Assembly (NCBI GenBank): GCA_965221905.1
Contig: OZ244922.1
Span: 1,856,001-1,920,000 of the forward strand
Direction: 5' to 3'
Origin: Chloroflexota bacterium
Lineage (GTDB): Bacteria > Chloroflexota > UBA11872 > VXOZ01
Length of the DNA: 64,000 nt
The position numbers were made by a program, and so were the translations under genes. Numbering within the stretch: the stretch's first letter is position 1; every line of letters begins with the position of its first letter. Under the pieces are notes generated by a model. It was not told where the DNA came from and did no database searches. It worked only from the letters and a program-made list of their open reading frames with translations. Below, in pieces: positions 48,388-58,093 of this stretch.

Positions 48388-49670
48388 TGCTCAACATGCG
48401 CCGCATTCGTGAGAAAACCGAAGAAGTCAAGGCGGGTCTCACTCGACGGGGAGAAGATCCCAGCGTGGTGGACCGGCTTGTGGATTGGGATAGCGAGCGC
48501 CGCGCATTGCTGCAAGAGAGCGAGGCGTTGAAGGCGGAGCGCAACCGCACCTCGAAGAGCATCGGTGCCTCTAAGGATAAAGAGGCTCTTACGGCTTTGC
48601 GGGAGCAAATGCGCGCGGTCGGCCAACGGATCAAGAGCCTCGATAACGCCGTAGCGGAAATCGAGCAGCGCATCACCGCAGCAGTGTTGGAGATTCCCAA
48701 CGTTCCCCACAGTAGCGTGCCTGCGGGGACTACAGAAGAAGAGAACCTCGTGCATTCGGTCTGGGGCGACCGCCCGCAGTTTGGCTTTGAACCCAAGGCT
48801 CATTGGGACATCGGCGCGGCATTGGACATTCTCGACTTCCCTCGTGGCGCGAAGATTGCTGGGGCGCAGTTCCCGCTTTTCAAGGGCAATGGTTCGCGCT
48901 TGCTGAGAGCGCTTGGCAACTGGATGCTGGACTTGCACGTGCAGCAGCACGGATATGTGGAAGTATGGCCGCCATTTGTGGTGCGGCGCGAGGTAATTAC
49001 GGGCACCGGCCAGCTTCCCAAGTTTGAGGAAGACATGTACCGCACCGATCCCGACGATCTCTTTCTCGTCCCGACGGCGGAAGTGCCGGTAACCAACATC
49101 CACCGCGATGAAATTCTCGACGCCGACGTGCTGCCGCTCAAGTACACTGCCTACACGCCCTGCTTTCGGAGGGAGGCGGGCGCGGCGGGCAAGGATACGC
49201 GCGGCCTCTTGCGCCTTCATCAATTCGAAAAAGTGGAGATGGTCAAGTTCGTTGCGCCGGAGACCTCATACGATGAGCTCGAGACGCTGCGGGCTAACGC
49301 GGAAGAGGTCTTGCAGCAGCTTGAACTGCCGTATCGTGTACTTGAGCTCTGCGGCGGTGAACTCGGCTTCGCCGCGACGAAGTGCTACGACTTGGAGGTG
49401 TGGTGCCCGGGCATTGAGAAGTGGCAGGAAGTCTCTTCGTGCTCCAATTTCGAGGAATTCCAAGCCCGCCGCATTAACGTGCGCTATCGCCCAGGCCCCC
49501 AGGCGCGCCCGGAATTCGTTCACACCCTCAACGGTTCCGGCTTAGCCTTCTCCGCCCGCCTCTATGCCGCCCTCTTGGAGAACAACCAGCAAGCGGACGG
49601 CAGCGTGATCATACCGGAAGTCTTGCGCCCCTACCTTGGCGGCATGGAGCGGCTTTCGCTATCCGACTAG
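48387..49670 (+). CDS. serS: serine--tRNA ligase
   Basis: IPNVPH, GTGQLPKF, PTAEVP, CFRREAG, HQFEKVE, EVSSCSN, HTLNGSG; TAATG overlap with lysS. Confidence 0.97.
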   Translation: MLNMRRIREKTEEVKAGLTRRGEDPSVVDRLVDWDSERRALLQESEALKAERNRTSKSIGASKDKEALTALREQMRAVGQRIKSLDNAVAEIEQRITAAVLEIPNVPHSSVPAGTTEEENLVHSVWGDRPQFGFEPKAHWDIGAALDILDFPRGAKIAGAQFPLFKGNGSRLLRALGNWMLDLHVQQHGYVEVWPPFVVRREVITGTGQLPKFEEDMYRTDPDDLFLVPTAEVPVTNIHRDEILDADVLPLKYTAYTPCFRREAGAAGKDTRGLLRLHQFEKVEMVKFVAPETSYDELETLRANAEEVLQQLELPYRVLELCGGELGFAATKCYDLEVWCPGIEKWQEVSSCSNFEEFQARRINVRYRPGPQARPEFVHTLNGSGLAFSARLYAALLENNQQADGSVIIPEVLRPYLGGMERLSLSD

Positions 49671-49838
49671 GCCACGGGCTTGTCATTCCTGTACGTGTCG
49701 GACAATTTGCTGACAGAATGGGAGCATGAATCGGCAGAAAGTTATGGCTACCTATCGGCTGCCTTACCCAATAGGTAGTTCTGTCACGAGCAGAGACAGC
49801 GCATACATCAATGACGAACACGGTAGGCGGTCGGAAGA

Positions 49839-49934
49839 CCGTCACTCCGGCGCAAAGCCTGCCCCATACTTGATACGGGGCCGGAGTCTAGGGGGTGCAG
49901 TGAAGATGGATTCCGGCTTTCGCCGGAATGACGG
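49839..49934. repeat. inverted REP doublet with a second palindrome nested in the left arm
   Basis: Left arm CCGTCACTCCGGCG[caaagcctgccccatacttgatacgggg]CCGGAGTCTA; right arm TGGATTCCGGCTTTCGCCGGAATGACGG; a degenerate third copy near 50009-50034. Confidence 0.75.
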
Positions 49935-50048
49935 AGTTGACCGTCCTCAACATTCCAGGGCAATCGTCGGATTGATGAATCTGTCAACGGATTAGTCAAC
50001 ACTTACAATTTCCTCGCAAGCGGGAATCCATCTTTTCTTGCCTCTCTT

Positions 50049-51407
50049 CTACGTGTCGCTCGGCCAGCGTCGCAGGTCTACTCGTGAGTCTTCTGTACCA
50101 AGCGCACTGATTTCCTCCATATAGCGTGCGTGGAGCCGCTGGGCGATGTCCGCGTGATCCGCAATCACGTTCTGCTCCTCGCCCGGGTCCGTTGCCAGGC
50201 GATAGAGTTCGGCAGCCTCGATGCCGCGATTGCCGGGGTCATTGAGCGTCCACTCGCCGTCATTGATGGTGCTATAGAGCAAGACGTCATCCTCTTTGGG
50301 TAATAGCGGCGAACTAATGACGGCGTCCCGGTGCGTGTCGGTATCGCCGTGCAGCACGGGTACCAGCGAACGTCCGTGGAGACCATCCGGCACCGGCGCG
50401 CCGGCGAGCTCCAGCACTGTAGGCATCACGTCAATCGCTTGCACTAGTGCGTTGGAGCGACGCGGGGCCACGCCCGGCACGTGGACGAGCAGCGGCACGC
50501 GCGACACCTCGCGGTACATGGGCCAGCCCTGCTTCGGCTCGAGTACGGTGTGCTTGCCGATGTAGCCGTGCTCGCCGATGTAGAAGCCGTGGTCGGCATT
50601 GAAGACGATCATGGTGTCGTCCCACAGTCCAAGATGCCTTACGCGCTCGATGAAATGCCCAAACCACGTGTCCACAAGCGAGACCGAACCGGCGTAGAGG
50701 GCGCGGGCGTGCCGTAGCTCCGGTTCCGTCAGGTAGTCGCAGCGGTCGTACCGCGGCCAGAAGATATTCTCGCCCACGTAGCCGGGATCGTACATGTCAG
50801 TGTAGTGCTGCGGCGGGTCCCACGGCTCGTGCGGGGTGAAGGTATCGACGTAAAGGAAGAAATTATCATGGGTGTAGTTTCGTTCGAGCCAGTCCGCCGC
50901 CTGGGAAAAGGTCTGTGCCACGAAGTGGTCGCGCTCGTGCGTGCGGTAGTAGACGTTCTTGAGGTAGCGAACCGCCGCCTCGGGCATACGGATTTTCTCC
51001 GGCGCACACGGCAGTTCGACTGGCACCGGATCGGTGATATACGGTTCGCCGGCCTGTCCGCGTATCGCTTGCCAGCCGTGGAAACCGCGATGGAAGTTCA
51101 TTCCCGGGGCAAAGAGTTGCACGTGATCAACCACCATCTGATTAACGAAGCCCTGCCGACCGAGAAGCGTGGCCAGCGAATCTTCGCCGGCCGGCAAAGG
51201 CGACCAACCGCGATTCTGATAGACATAATGACCTGTGAGTAGATCGGTGCGGTGGGGAACAGTAGGGAAAGAGCCTACATAGGCATGGTCGAAATTAACG
51301 CACTGCGCGGCGAAAGCGTCGAGATGAGGCGTGCGAATTTCAGGGTTACTGTTTACCCCAATGTGGTCGTATCGGAACGTGTCGGAGACGATTAGGATTA
51401 CATTCAT
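50049..51407 (-). CDS. sulfatase-like alkaline phosphatase superfamily hydrolase
   Basis: NVILIVSDTFRYDH, PTVPHRTDLLTG, PHEPWDPP, ADHG...GEHG...K, VPLLV, IDVMPT, ELY...DPGE. Confidence 0.88.
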   Translation of the reverse strand: MNVILIVSDTFRYDHIGVNSNPEIRTPHLDAFAAQCVNFDHAYVGSFPTVPHRTDLLTGHYVYQNRGWSPLPAGEDSLATLLGRQGFVNQMVVDHVQLFAPGMNFHRGFHGWQAIRGQAGEPYITDPVPVELPCAPEKIRMPEAAVRYLKNVYYRTHERDHFVAQTFSQAADWLERNYTHDNFFLYVDTFTPHEPWDPPQHYTDMYDPGYVGENIFWPRYDRCDYLTEPELRHARALYAGSVSLVDTWFGHFIERVRHLGLWDDTMIVFNADHGFYIGEHGYIGKHTVLEPKQGWPMYREVSRVPLLVHVPGVAPRRSNALVQAIDVMPTVLELAGAPVPDGLHGRSLVPVLHGDTDTHRDAVISSPLLPKEDDVLLYSTINDGEWTLNDPGNRGIEAAELYRLATDPGEEQNVIADHADIAQRLHARYMEEISALGTEDSRVDLRRWPSDT

Positions 51408-51824
51408 TCGCTACTCCTTACTGACTCAATGTATCGTGTGCCGCGCGCCGCGTACGCTGCTTGGGAATGCCTGCAATTGCACGGCGGGCAGCCGGAAGTG
51501 CTAGTGCAGCTTCAGTTGCTAATCGTAATTCATGGTATCCTAGAGCCGTTAAACACTCAATTTTGCGGTCAAATCCAACGTCTTGTTCGCCCACCATATT
51601 GTGATGCGATTGACAGAATGCCAAGCGACTTCGGGTGGAAGTAAACGAGCTGCGGGAGCAAGGCGAAGGATCTTGCAGCCGGAAACCTGTCCGTCACTAC
51701 GGTGCAATATAAGGAGTGTAGCGCGGAGGCTTATCCCCCTGCCTCTAGACTGGTCCCTAGACGGGGCAGTTGAACAGCACCTTACCCATCGGACAGCATC
51801 CGGGCTAGTGTGAAGGATGATCTA

Positions 51825-52703
51825 ATGGCTGAGATTCAGGTCGGCATTCAGGCTAATGCGTGGCTCCGCGAGTTCCCGATCGCGGAGAACCTCGATACCG
51901 TTCTGCAGCAGATAGCGGAATCCGGATACCGCGGCGTGGAGATTGGCTACCATTTCCTGGCCGGGGGGCGGTTCAATGCCTTGCGTCCCGGAGGTGCGCC
52001 GGCGGCGGGCGATAGCGAGACCACAACCATGCCTGATCCGGCGGAGGTTGGCGCGCTCATCGCAGGCCACGGTCTCGAACTCGCTGCGCTGCATACCGGC
52101 GGCAACTTCTATGCTGACGACATTGCTCGCGAGCAGACACTGCCTAACCTCGAAATCATCGCCGCCTTTGCCCAGGCAATCGACTGTCAGAATGTCCTTA
52201 TCAGTCCTGCTGCCAAGAAAGAAATGGCTAAGACATCCCAGGAACTCGAAACGCAGAATCGGTTTCTCCAGGAGGCCTGTTCACTCTTTGGGGCCAATGG
52301 CGCGCACTGCTTCCATCATACCCACGGGCCGGAATTGGAAAGCGATTTCCGTGAAATGCGCCGCATTCTCGAACTCGACCCGGCGCACATCAGCCTGGCA
52401 TATGATATTGCCAATGCGGCGCGCGTCATCTGCCCGGCAGGGGCCGTAGACTTCATCAACTCCTTCCGCTCCCGGATTGGCTACGTCCACTACAAGGACT
52501 GCCGCGACGACGGCGTGCTTGTCGAGGCAATTGGAGATGGCGCCATTGACTGGAGTGCCGTGGCGCACGTCCTCACGAGCACGGACTACGGCGGCTGGGT
52601 GGTGGTCGAAATCGAGCCGGGACACGGTATGGAGGCACACCGTTCGGTGAAAGAAGATGCGATTTTGAGCCGCCAATGCATCCGTGAGACCCTTGGCGTG
52701 TAG
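51825..52703 (+). CDS. sugar phosphate isomerase/epimerase (AP endonuclease 2 TIM barrel, IolE-like)
   Basis: GYRGVE, HHTH, AYDIAN, YVHYKD, GDGAIDW, YGGWVVVEIE. Confidence 0.8.
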   Translation: MAEIQVGIQANAWLREFPIAENLDTVLQQIAESGYRGVEIGYHFLAGGRFNALRPGGAPAAGDSETTTMPDPAEVGALIAGHGLELAALHTGGNFYADDIAREQTLPNLEIIAAFAQAIDCQNVLISPAAKKEMAKTSQELETQNRFLQEACSLFGANGAHCFHHTHGPELESDFREMRRILELDPAHISLAYDIANAARVICPAGAVDFINSFRSRIGYVHYKDCRDDGVLVEAIGDGAIDWSAVAHVLTSTDYGGWVVVEIEPGHGMEAHRSVKEDAILSRQCIRETLGV

Positions 52704-52717
52704 TAAGGGATTCAACG

Positions 52718-53536
52718 ATGGCATACCGGCGATTCATAGATGCGCACGTCCACTACCCGCAGACCGCATTCGATCCTACGGGCTCGCAGATTCCAATAGA
52801 CCGCCAACTCGAGAACCTCCTCAGGGTTGAACGCGCCCTCGGCTGTCAGCGCCTGTGCATGCTCTCGACCGGCAACCCGCCCGTACATGATGCTGTGGCG
52901 AAACTCATCAAAGACCAACCGGATTTTATCATTGGCTTTGGCTTCATTCGCCTTGGGGTCGATGACCCAAGCATCGTTGACGAACTTGGCGATTTGGGAT
53001 TTCGTGGTCTCAAGACGATTCGCCCCTTGGAAAACTACGACAGTAAGTCGTACTATCCGTTCTACGAACGGGCTGAAGCGCGCAACATGCCAATTCTTTT
53101 CCATACGGGACAGCTCTTTCGCGCTCCGGGGAGCGGGTCTCGCGCCGAGGACGTGAGTACGGCCCGCATGATGCCCTGGATGCTCGATCCAATTGCCCGA
53201 GCCTTCCCGAAGCTGACGCTCATTGGCGCCCATTTAGGCTCCCCTTCATTTGCGGAAGCCGCCTGGGTGGCGCGTTGGAACGAAAACGTCTATTGGGACC
53301 TGAGCGGTCCCATCACCATCCGTTACGGCAATCGCAAAATCGTACACGAGATGATGTATAACGCAGTGGCGGGAGCGGGAATCACCCACAAGCTCGTGTT
53401 CGGTTCCGACGTCACGCCGCCGGAGATACCGGACGTTGTCATGGCCTATGACACATTCCTGGATCGGCTCGGCGCGGATTCGTTGGACAAAGACCAGGTC
53501 TTCTACGGTAACATGGCTCGCATCCTCGGCATCTAG
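52718..53536 (+). CDS. amidohydrolase_2 family metal-dependent hydrolase
   Basis: IDAHVH, GFRGLK, ILFHTG, IGAHLG, YWDLSG, FGSD, NMARILG. Confidence 0.88.
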   Translation: MAYRRFIDAHVHYPQTAFDPTGSQIPIDRQLENLLRVERALGCQRLCMLSTGNPPVHDAVAKLIKDQPDFIIGFGFIRLGVDDPSIVDELGDLGFRGLKTIRPLENYDSKSYYPFYERAEARNMPILFHTGQLFRAPGSGSRAEDVSTARMMPWMLDPIARAFPKLTLIGAHLGSPSFAEAAWVARWNENVYWDLSGPITIRYGNRKIVHEMMYNAVAGAGITHKLVFGSDVTPPEIPDVVMAYDTFLDRLGADSLDKDQVFYGNMARILGI

Positions 53537-54369
53537 TGAGCGAAAGAACCATGACCGACTATGCCTTTAGTGCCATCCCCATGCTGGAACGCCCCGCCAA
53601 GCCCCGCGGCACGGGCCAAACGATGATGATTGACTTTGGGCTGGGCCTGCGCCAGCAGGAAGACATCTTACAGCTCGCGAGCGAATATATTGACTCCGCC
53701 AAGATCGCCGTGGGTGTTGCGCGGCTCTTGCCAAGAGAGTTGGTGATGCGTAAGATCAACGTCTACAAGCAATACAATGTCGTGCCGTATCCAGGTGGGC
53801 AGTTTCTCGAGTACGCGGTGCTCTGTGGGAAAGTGGACGCCTATTATGCAGAAGCGGCGGCAGTTGGCTTCCCCGCCGTTGAGGTATCCGACAATCTCCT
53901 GTCAATTTCACTTGACGAGAAACGGGCACTTATAGTCAAAGCACGAGAAGTCTATGGCCTTGAAGTCTTTGGCGAAGTGGGAAAGAAAGAGGGACTGGCC
54001 GTTACGGTTAGCCTGGAAGAAGACATCCGCGCATGTTTGGAAGCAGGCAGTGGCAAGGTGCTTATCGAGGCGGCAGAAATCTTCTCCCACGGGCGTGACA
54101 AGACTTTGGCTATGCAGCTCACCGAAGCGGCGCCACTCGAAAAGCTTATGTTCGAACTCACCGGCCCTTGGATCGAAGGTACCGCGTACTCCGAACCGGA
54201 CGCCCTCGCACGCTGGCTCATGCAGACATTCGGCCCTGACGTAAACATCGGCAATGTACAGCCTGATAGCCTGCTTCGCCTTGAAACCGCACGCCGGGGC
54301 TTGGGTGTCAACGCCGGTGGAGAACTACCCAGTGGACTCATGGGCGATACAGCTTCCCAAGGTGGTTGA
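53536..54369 (+). CDS. comA: phosphosulfolactate synthase (ComA) family protein, divergent
   Basis: RPAKPRGTGQTMMIDFG, YPGGQFLE, VEVSD, EVGKK, VNIGNV, LETARRGL. Confidence 0.75.
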   Translation: MSERTMTDYAFSAIPMLERPAKPRGTGQTMMIDFGLGLRQQEDILQLASEYIDSAKIAVGVARLLPRELVMRKINVYKQYNVVPYPGGQFLEYAVLCGKVDAYYAEAAAVGFPAVEVSDNLLSISLDEKRALIVKAREVYGLEVFGEVGKKEGLAVTVSLEEDIRACLEAGSGKVLIEAAEIFSHGRDKTLAMQLTEAAPLEKLMFELTGPWIEGTAYSEPDALARWLMQTFGPDVNIGNVQPDSLLRLETARRGLGVNAGGELPSGLMGDTASQGG

Positions 54370-54378
54370 AGAAGAGGA

Positions 54379-55443
54379 ATGTCATTGGACTTAGATCGAA
54401 CGTATCGCGACAGGCGCGTGCTTGTAACTGGCGGCCTAGGCTTCATAGGAAGCAATCTGGCACAGCGTCTCGTGCGACTTGGGGCGCAGGTGCTGATCAT
54501 CGACTCGCTGGTGCCGGATCACGGCGGTAATATCTACAACATTGCCGACATACGCGACAAGCTATCGCTCAATATCTCAGACGTGCGCGATCAGCACGCT
54601 ATGAACTTCCTAGTTCGCGGACAGCACTACATCTTCAACCTAGCGGGCCAAGTGAGCCACATCGGTAGCATGGAAGACCCTCTAGCCGATAACGACATCA
54701 ACGCCCGCTCGCAGATTTATCTGCTTGAAGCTTGCCGGCAGCACAATCCGAATGCGCGCGTGGTCTACTCGAGCACGCGTCAATTCTATGGCGTGCCGCA
54801 GTACATCCCTGTTGACGAGGCCCATCCCGTGCAGCCTACGGACGTAAACGGCATTACGAAGTGGGCGGGTGAACAGTACCACTTGGTCTATCACCGCGCT
54901 CACGGTATTCCAACAACGGCTCTGCGCTTGACCAACGTGTACGGGCCGCGACAGGTCTTAAAGGATGCGGAAGGGCGCATGGGTGTCATTTACCATTTCG
55001 TCCGCAAAGTTCTTGCGAGAGAGAAGCTCAGAGTCTTTGGTACTGGCGAGCAACTACGTGACTACGTCTATGTAGACGATGTGGTGGAGGCGCTGCTGTT
55101 GGCAGGCGGGCATGATGAAGCCATCGGCCAAGTTTTCAACGTTGGCGGCCTGCGTCCTATTAGCCACCTGCAGCTTGTGCAGCACCTTTTGGATGCTGCG
55201 GGACTACCCAATGACTGGTATGATCTGGTTCCGTTCCCGCCGGAACGCAAGGCCATCGACGTCGGAAGCGTATATCTCGATTCTACGAGGATTCAGCAAG
55301 CCATTGGGTGGGCGCCGACGACGGACCTCGCTGAAGGGCTTGCGCAGACCTTCGCCTACTACCGTGAACATAAAGATGCATACTGGGATGCGGAAATGGT
55401 TGCTTCGCTACAGGAAGGCAGCTTGCAGGTGGAAAACCCATAG
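54379..55443 (+). CDS. NAD-dependent nucleotide-sugar epimerase/dehydratase (extended SDR)
   Basis: [42 protein letters not shown]. Confidence 0.9.
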   Translation: MSLDLDRTYRDRRVLVTGGLGFIGSNLAQRLVRLGAQVLIIDSLVPDHGGNIYNIADIRDKLSLNISDVRDQHAMNFLVRGQHYIFNLAGQVSHIGSMEDPLADNDINARSQIYLLEACRQHNPNARVVYSSTRQFYGVPQYIPVDEAHPVQPTDVNGITKWAGEQYHLVYHRAHGIPTTALRLTNVYGPRQVLKDAEGRMGVIYHFVRKVLAREKLRVFGTGEQLRDYVYVDDVVEALLLAGGHDEAIGQVFNVGGLRPISHLQLVQHLLDAAGLPNDWYDLVPFPPERKAIDVGSVYLDSTRIQQAIGWAPTTDLAEGLAQTFAYYREHKDAYWDAEMVASLQEGSLQVENP

Positions 55444-55444
55444 T

Positions 55445-56581
55445 ATGACCGCATCTTCCAAAAAGCTCGGGACGAACGTTCCTCAATTCACAACCGCCCG
55501 CCAATTCGCCACCATCGAGACAGAGGTGCGGCAAGCTATTGAGCGTGTGCTTGCTTCGAATTGGTTTGTGCTCGGTAATGAACTTGAGGCGTTTGAGCAG
55601 GAGTTTGCAAGGTTCTGTGGGGTCTCTCACTGCGTCGGCGTGGGCAACGGCACGGATGCGATTGAACTCGCGCTGCGCGCCTGCGGCATCGGGGCGGGGG
55701 ACGAGGTAATCATTCCGGCATTTACGGCAAATTTCACTGCTCTTGCGGTGACTGCGACCGGTGCGACTCCAGTGCTTGTCGACGTCGCTGCCGATACTGC
55801 CACAATTGACCCGATGCAAATCGCAACAGCGGTGACGCCTGCAACTAAGGCGATCGTGCCGGTGCATCTCTACGGCCAACCGGCGGATATGGATCCAATC
55901 AATGAATTTGCCAGGCAACACGATCTTTGGGTAGTCGAAGACGTGGCCCAAGCGCATGGCGCCGCCTATCGCGGACAATCGGTCGGCAGTCTCGGCGACC
56001 TAGGCGCCTTCAGCTTCTATCCGACGAAGAATCTCGGCGCGTATGGCGACGGTGGAGCGGTGGTGACAGACAGTCCCGAACTGGCAGCACGCCTGCGTCT
56101 GCTGCGCCATGGTGGCATTGACCAAGGGTATATGAGCGTCGTAAAAGGGCAAAATTCGCGCCTTGACGAGCTGCAAGCGGCAATCCTCAGAGCGAAGCTG
56201 CCGCATCTCAATGCCTGGAGTGAGCGCAGACGCGCCATTGCCCGCCAGTACACTGCGGCATTCAGCCAAGTCAAAGGGCTGGATACTCCGGCGGAGGTGC
56301 CTGATCGCTACCATGTCTACCACCTCTACGCCGTGCAGAGCGCAACGCGGGATGCCCTGGCGTCGTTCCTGGCAGAACGCGGCATCGGCACGAAAGTGCA
56401 CTATCCCCACGCATTGCACGAGCTCGAAGCCTACCCTGAATGGCATGCACTTGCCGGGCAGTTTCCGAATGCTGAGCGACTCGCGCGCACGGTCCTCTCG
56501 CTGCCCATGTATCCCGAAATGACCGATGAGGATGTTGACGCGGTCTGTGCGGGCGTGCTGGGCTACTTTGAGAAGCGTTAG
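55445..56581 (+). CDS. DegT/DnrJ/EryC1/StrS sugar aminotransferase
   Basis: [55 protein letters not shown]; ATG 55445. Confidence 0.93.
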   Translation: MTASSKKLGTNVPQFTTARQFATIETEVRQAIERVLASNWFVLGNELEAFEQEFARFCGVSHCVGVGNGTDAIELALRACGIGAGDEVIIPAFTANFTALAVTATGATPVLVDVAADTATIDPMQIATAVTPATKAIVPVHLYGQPADMDPINEFARQHDLWVVEDVAQAHGAAYRGQSVGSLGDLGAFSFYPTKNLGAYGDGGAVVTDSPELAARLRLLRHGGIDQGYMSVVKGQNSRLDELQAAILRAKLPHLNAWSERRRAIARQYTAAFSQVKGLDTPAEVPDRYHVYHLYAVQSATRDALASFLAERGIGTKVHYPHALHELEAYPEWHALAGQFPNAERLARTVLSLPMYPEMTDEDVDAVCAGVLGYFEKR

Positions 56582-56606
56582 CTGAGTAGGGACACACGAG
56601 TTTGCC

Positions 56607-57365
56607 ATGGAGCGGGAAGCGTATGACTCTATGTACCGCCTGGAAGATAGCTTCTGGTGGTATGTGGGCATGCGCAAGCTCATGTGGACGCTTCTATCGG
56701 ACATCGAGTGGCCTCATGGGATGCCCAAAGTCCTGGATGCGGGCTGTGGAACGGGAGCAAACCTACAGCACTTTTCCTCTCTTGGCACCCTCACCGGGGC
56801 GGAAATAGATTCTGACGCATTGGCGTTTTGCCGCCAGCGGGGAATCACCGCGCTCGTTCAGGCCTCTGTGACCGATCTTCCATTTCCTACGGAATCCTTC
56901 GATATGATTCTTAGCTTTGAGGTCCTCTATCACGCGCAGGTAGAGAATGATGTAGCGGCGCTGCGTGAATCTTGCCGCGCGCTCACGCCGGGCGGGCACT
57001 GTGTGGTCCGATTGCCCGCCTACCAATGGCTCATGAGCGCTCATGACGCCGCAGTGCATACGCGCCACCGCTATACTGCGGATGAATTGCGCAGAATCGC
57101 CGAGGCCGCGGGCTTTGCAGTGGAGAGAATTACGTACTTGAATGCGATCCTGCTGCCGCTTGCGATTGTGCAGCGGTTGCTCACGCGGCAAGGAAATGAA
57201 GGCCGGTCAGACGTGCGGCCGCTCTGGAAGCCGCTCAACGCGGCTCTGCGGTGGACATTATCCTTAGAGCGGCACATCTTAGGGCACTGGAATCTACCGG
57301 CGGGTCTCACGGTATTCGCATTGCTGCGCAAACCGGACTCTGCTGGACCTCATGAGGAGTATTGA
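56607..57365 (+). CDS. class I SAM-dependent methyltransferase
   Basis: EDSFWWY, VLDAGCGTG, LPFPTESFD, LTPGG, PAYQWL..HD...H.RHRY. Confidence 0.9.
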   Translation: MEREAYDSMYRLEDSFWWYVGMRKLMWTLLSDIEWPHGMPKVLDAGCGTGANLQHFSSLGTLTGAEIDSDALAFCRQRGITALVQASVTDLPFPTESFDMILSFEVLYHAQVENDVAALRESCRALTPGGHCVVRLPAYQWLMSAHDAAVHTRHRYTADELRRIAEAAGFAVERITYLNAILLPLAIVQRLLTRQGNEGRSDVRPLWKPLNAALRWTLSLERHILGHWNLPAGLTVFALLRKPDSAGPHEEY

Positions 57366-58051
57366 TCCAATAGTCCCGGAAGGTCGTTCAAGGTTGCAAT
57401 CGAACGGACGCCTTTGGCAACTGGCGCACTATCGCGATTGAGCAAGACTGCGTGGAGTCCCACCTGCTGCGCCCCGAGATAGTCATTGTGCAGATCGTCG
57501 CCGACGTACAGCACCCGCTCAGGCGACGCCCCGAGCAGCTTGACTCCCTCAAGGAAGATGCCGGGATGCGGCTTGGCCTCACCAAAGTCGGCCGAATTGA
57601 CGATCACGCTGAACCAATCTTCCAGACCGAGCTCGGCCAACTGCTCGCGCAGCAGGGCATTGTAATTGCTCACTACGCCAAGTGCCAAACCTCGCTGTCG
57701 CAACTGCCCGAGCGCCGATTCCGCGTCAGGATAAGCAGTCATCTTGAAGAGATCGAGCAGGTGTTGACGCATGCGGTCGCGCGGAAACTGCATGAGTTCA
57801 AGCTCCGCCAGCACCAAGTCGCTTGCCTCGTACTCTAGTTGCCGCAGCTCTTGTTCGTCGCGAATGTGGGGGAATTTCGCGCGATAGAGCTCTACCTCGG
57901 CGAGAGTGGCTCTTTCTGCACGCTCGGCAGGAACGCTCACGCCGTCTGAGGCTAGGAGGCGACACAGGTGCGCAGCCGGCGAGCCCGCAGAAACCGGCGC
58001 AAAGAGCGTACCAAAAGCGTCAAACAGCACTGCGTCTAAGGTGCCCGCCAC
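57350..58051 (-). CDS. HAD-superfamily hydrolase (subfamily IA)
   Basis: FDAFGTL, VVSN, KPHPGIF, VGDDLHNDYLGA; 16-bp convergent overlap with the methyltransferase. Confidence 0.85.
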   Translation of the reverse strand: MAGTLDAVLFDAFGTLFAPVSAGSPAAHLCRLLASDGVSVPAERAERATLAEVELYRAKFPHIRDEQELRQLEYEASDLVLAELELMQFPRDRMRQHLLDLFKMTAYPDAESALGQLRQRGLALGVVSNYNALLREQLAELGLEDWFSVIVNSADFGEAKPHPGIFLEGVKLLGASPERVLYVGDDLHNDYLGAQQVGLHAVLLNRDSAPVAKGVRSIATLNDLPGLLDQYSS

Positions 58052-58093
58052 GAAAGATCTTCTCTCCGCAGATACTCCGATCCTGATTCCATG

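Noticed and set aside
48039-49223. 394-aa minus-strand ORF
   Set aside because: Antisense shadow of lysS/serS; no protein motifs
53536-54369. Complete coenzyme M biosynthesis pathway
   Set aside because: Only a divergent comA is present; comB/C/D/E or xcb-type partners were not recognised
55079-55444. N-terminal extensions in the ORF track (DegT from 55079; also 23620, 58710, 59077, 60224)
   Set aside because: They overlap neighbouring genes; downstream starts with RBS or family-typical N-termini fit better
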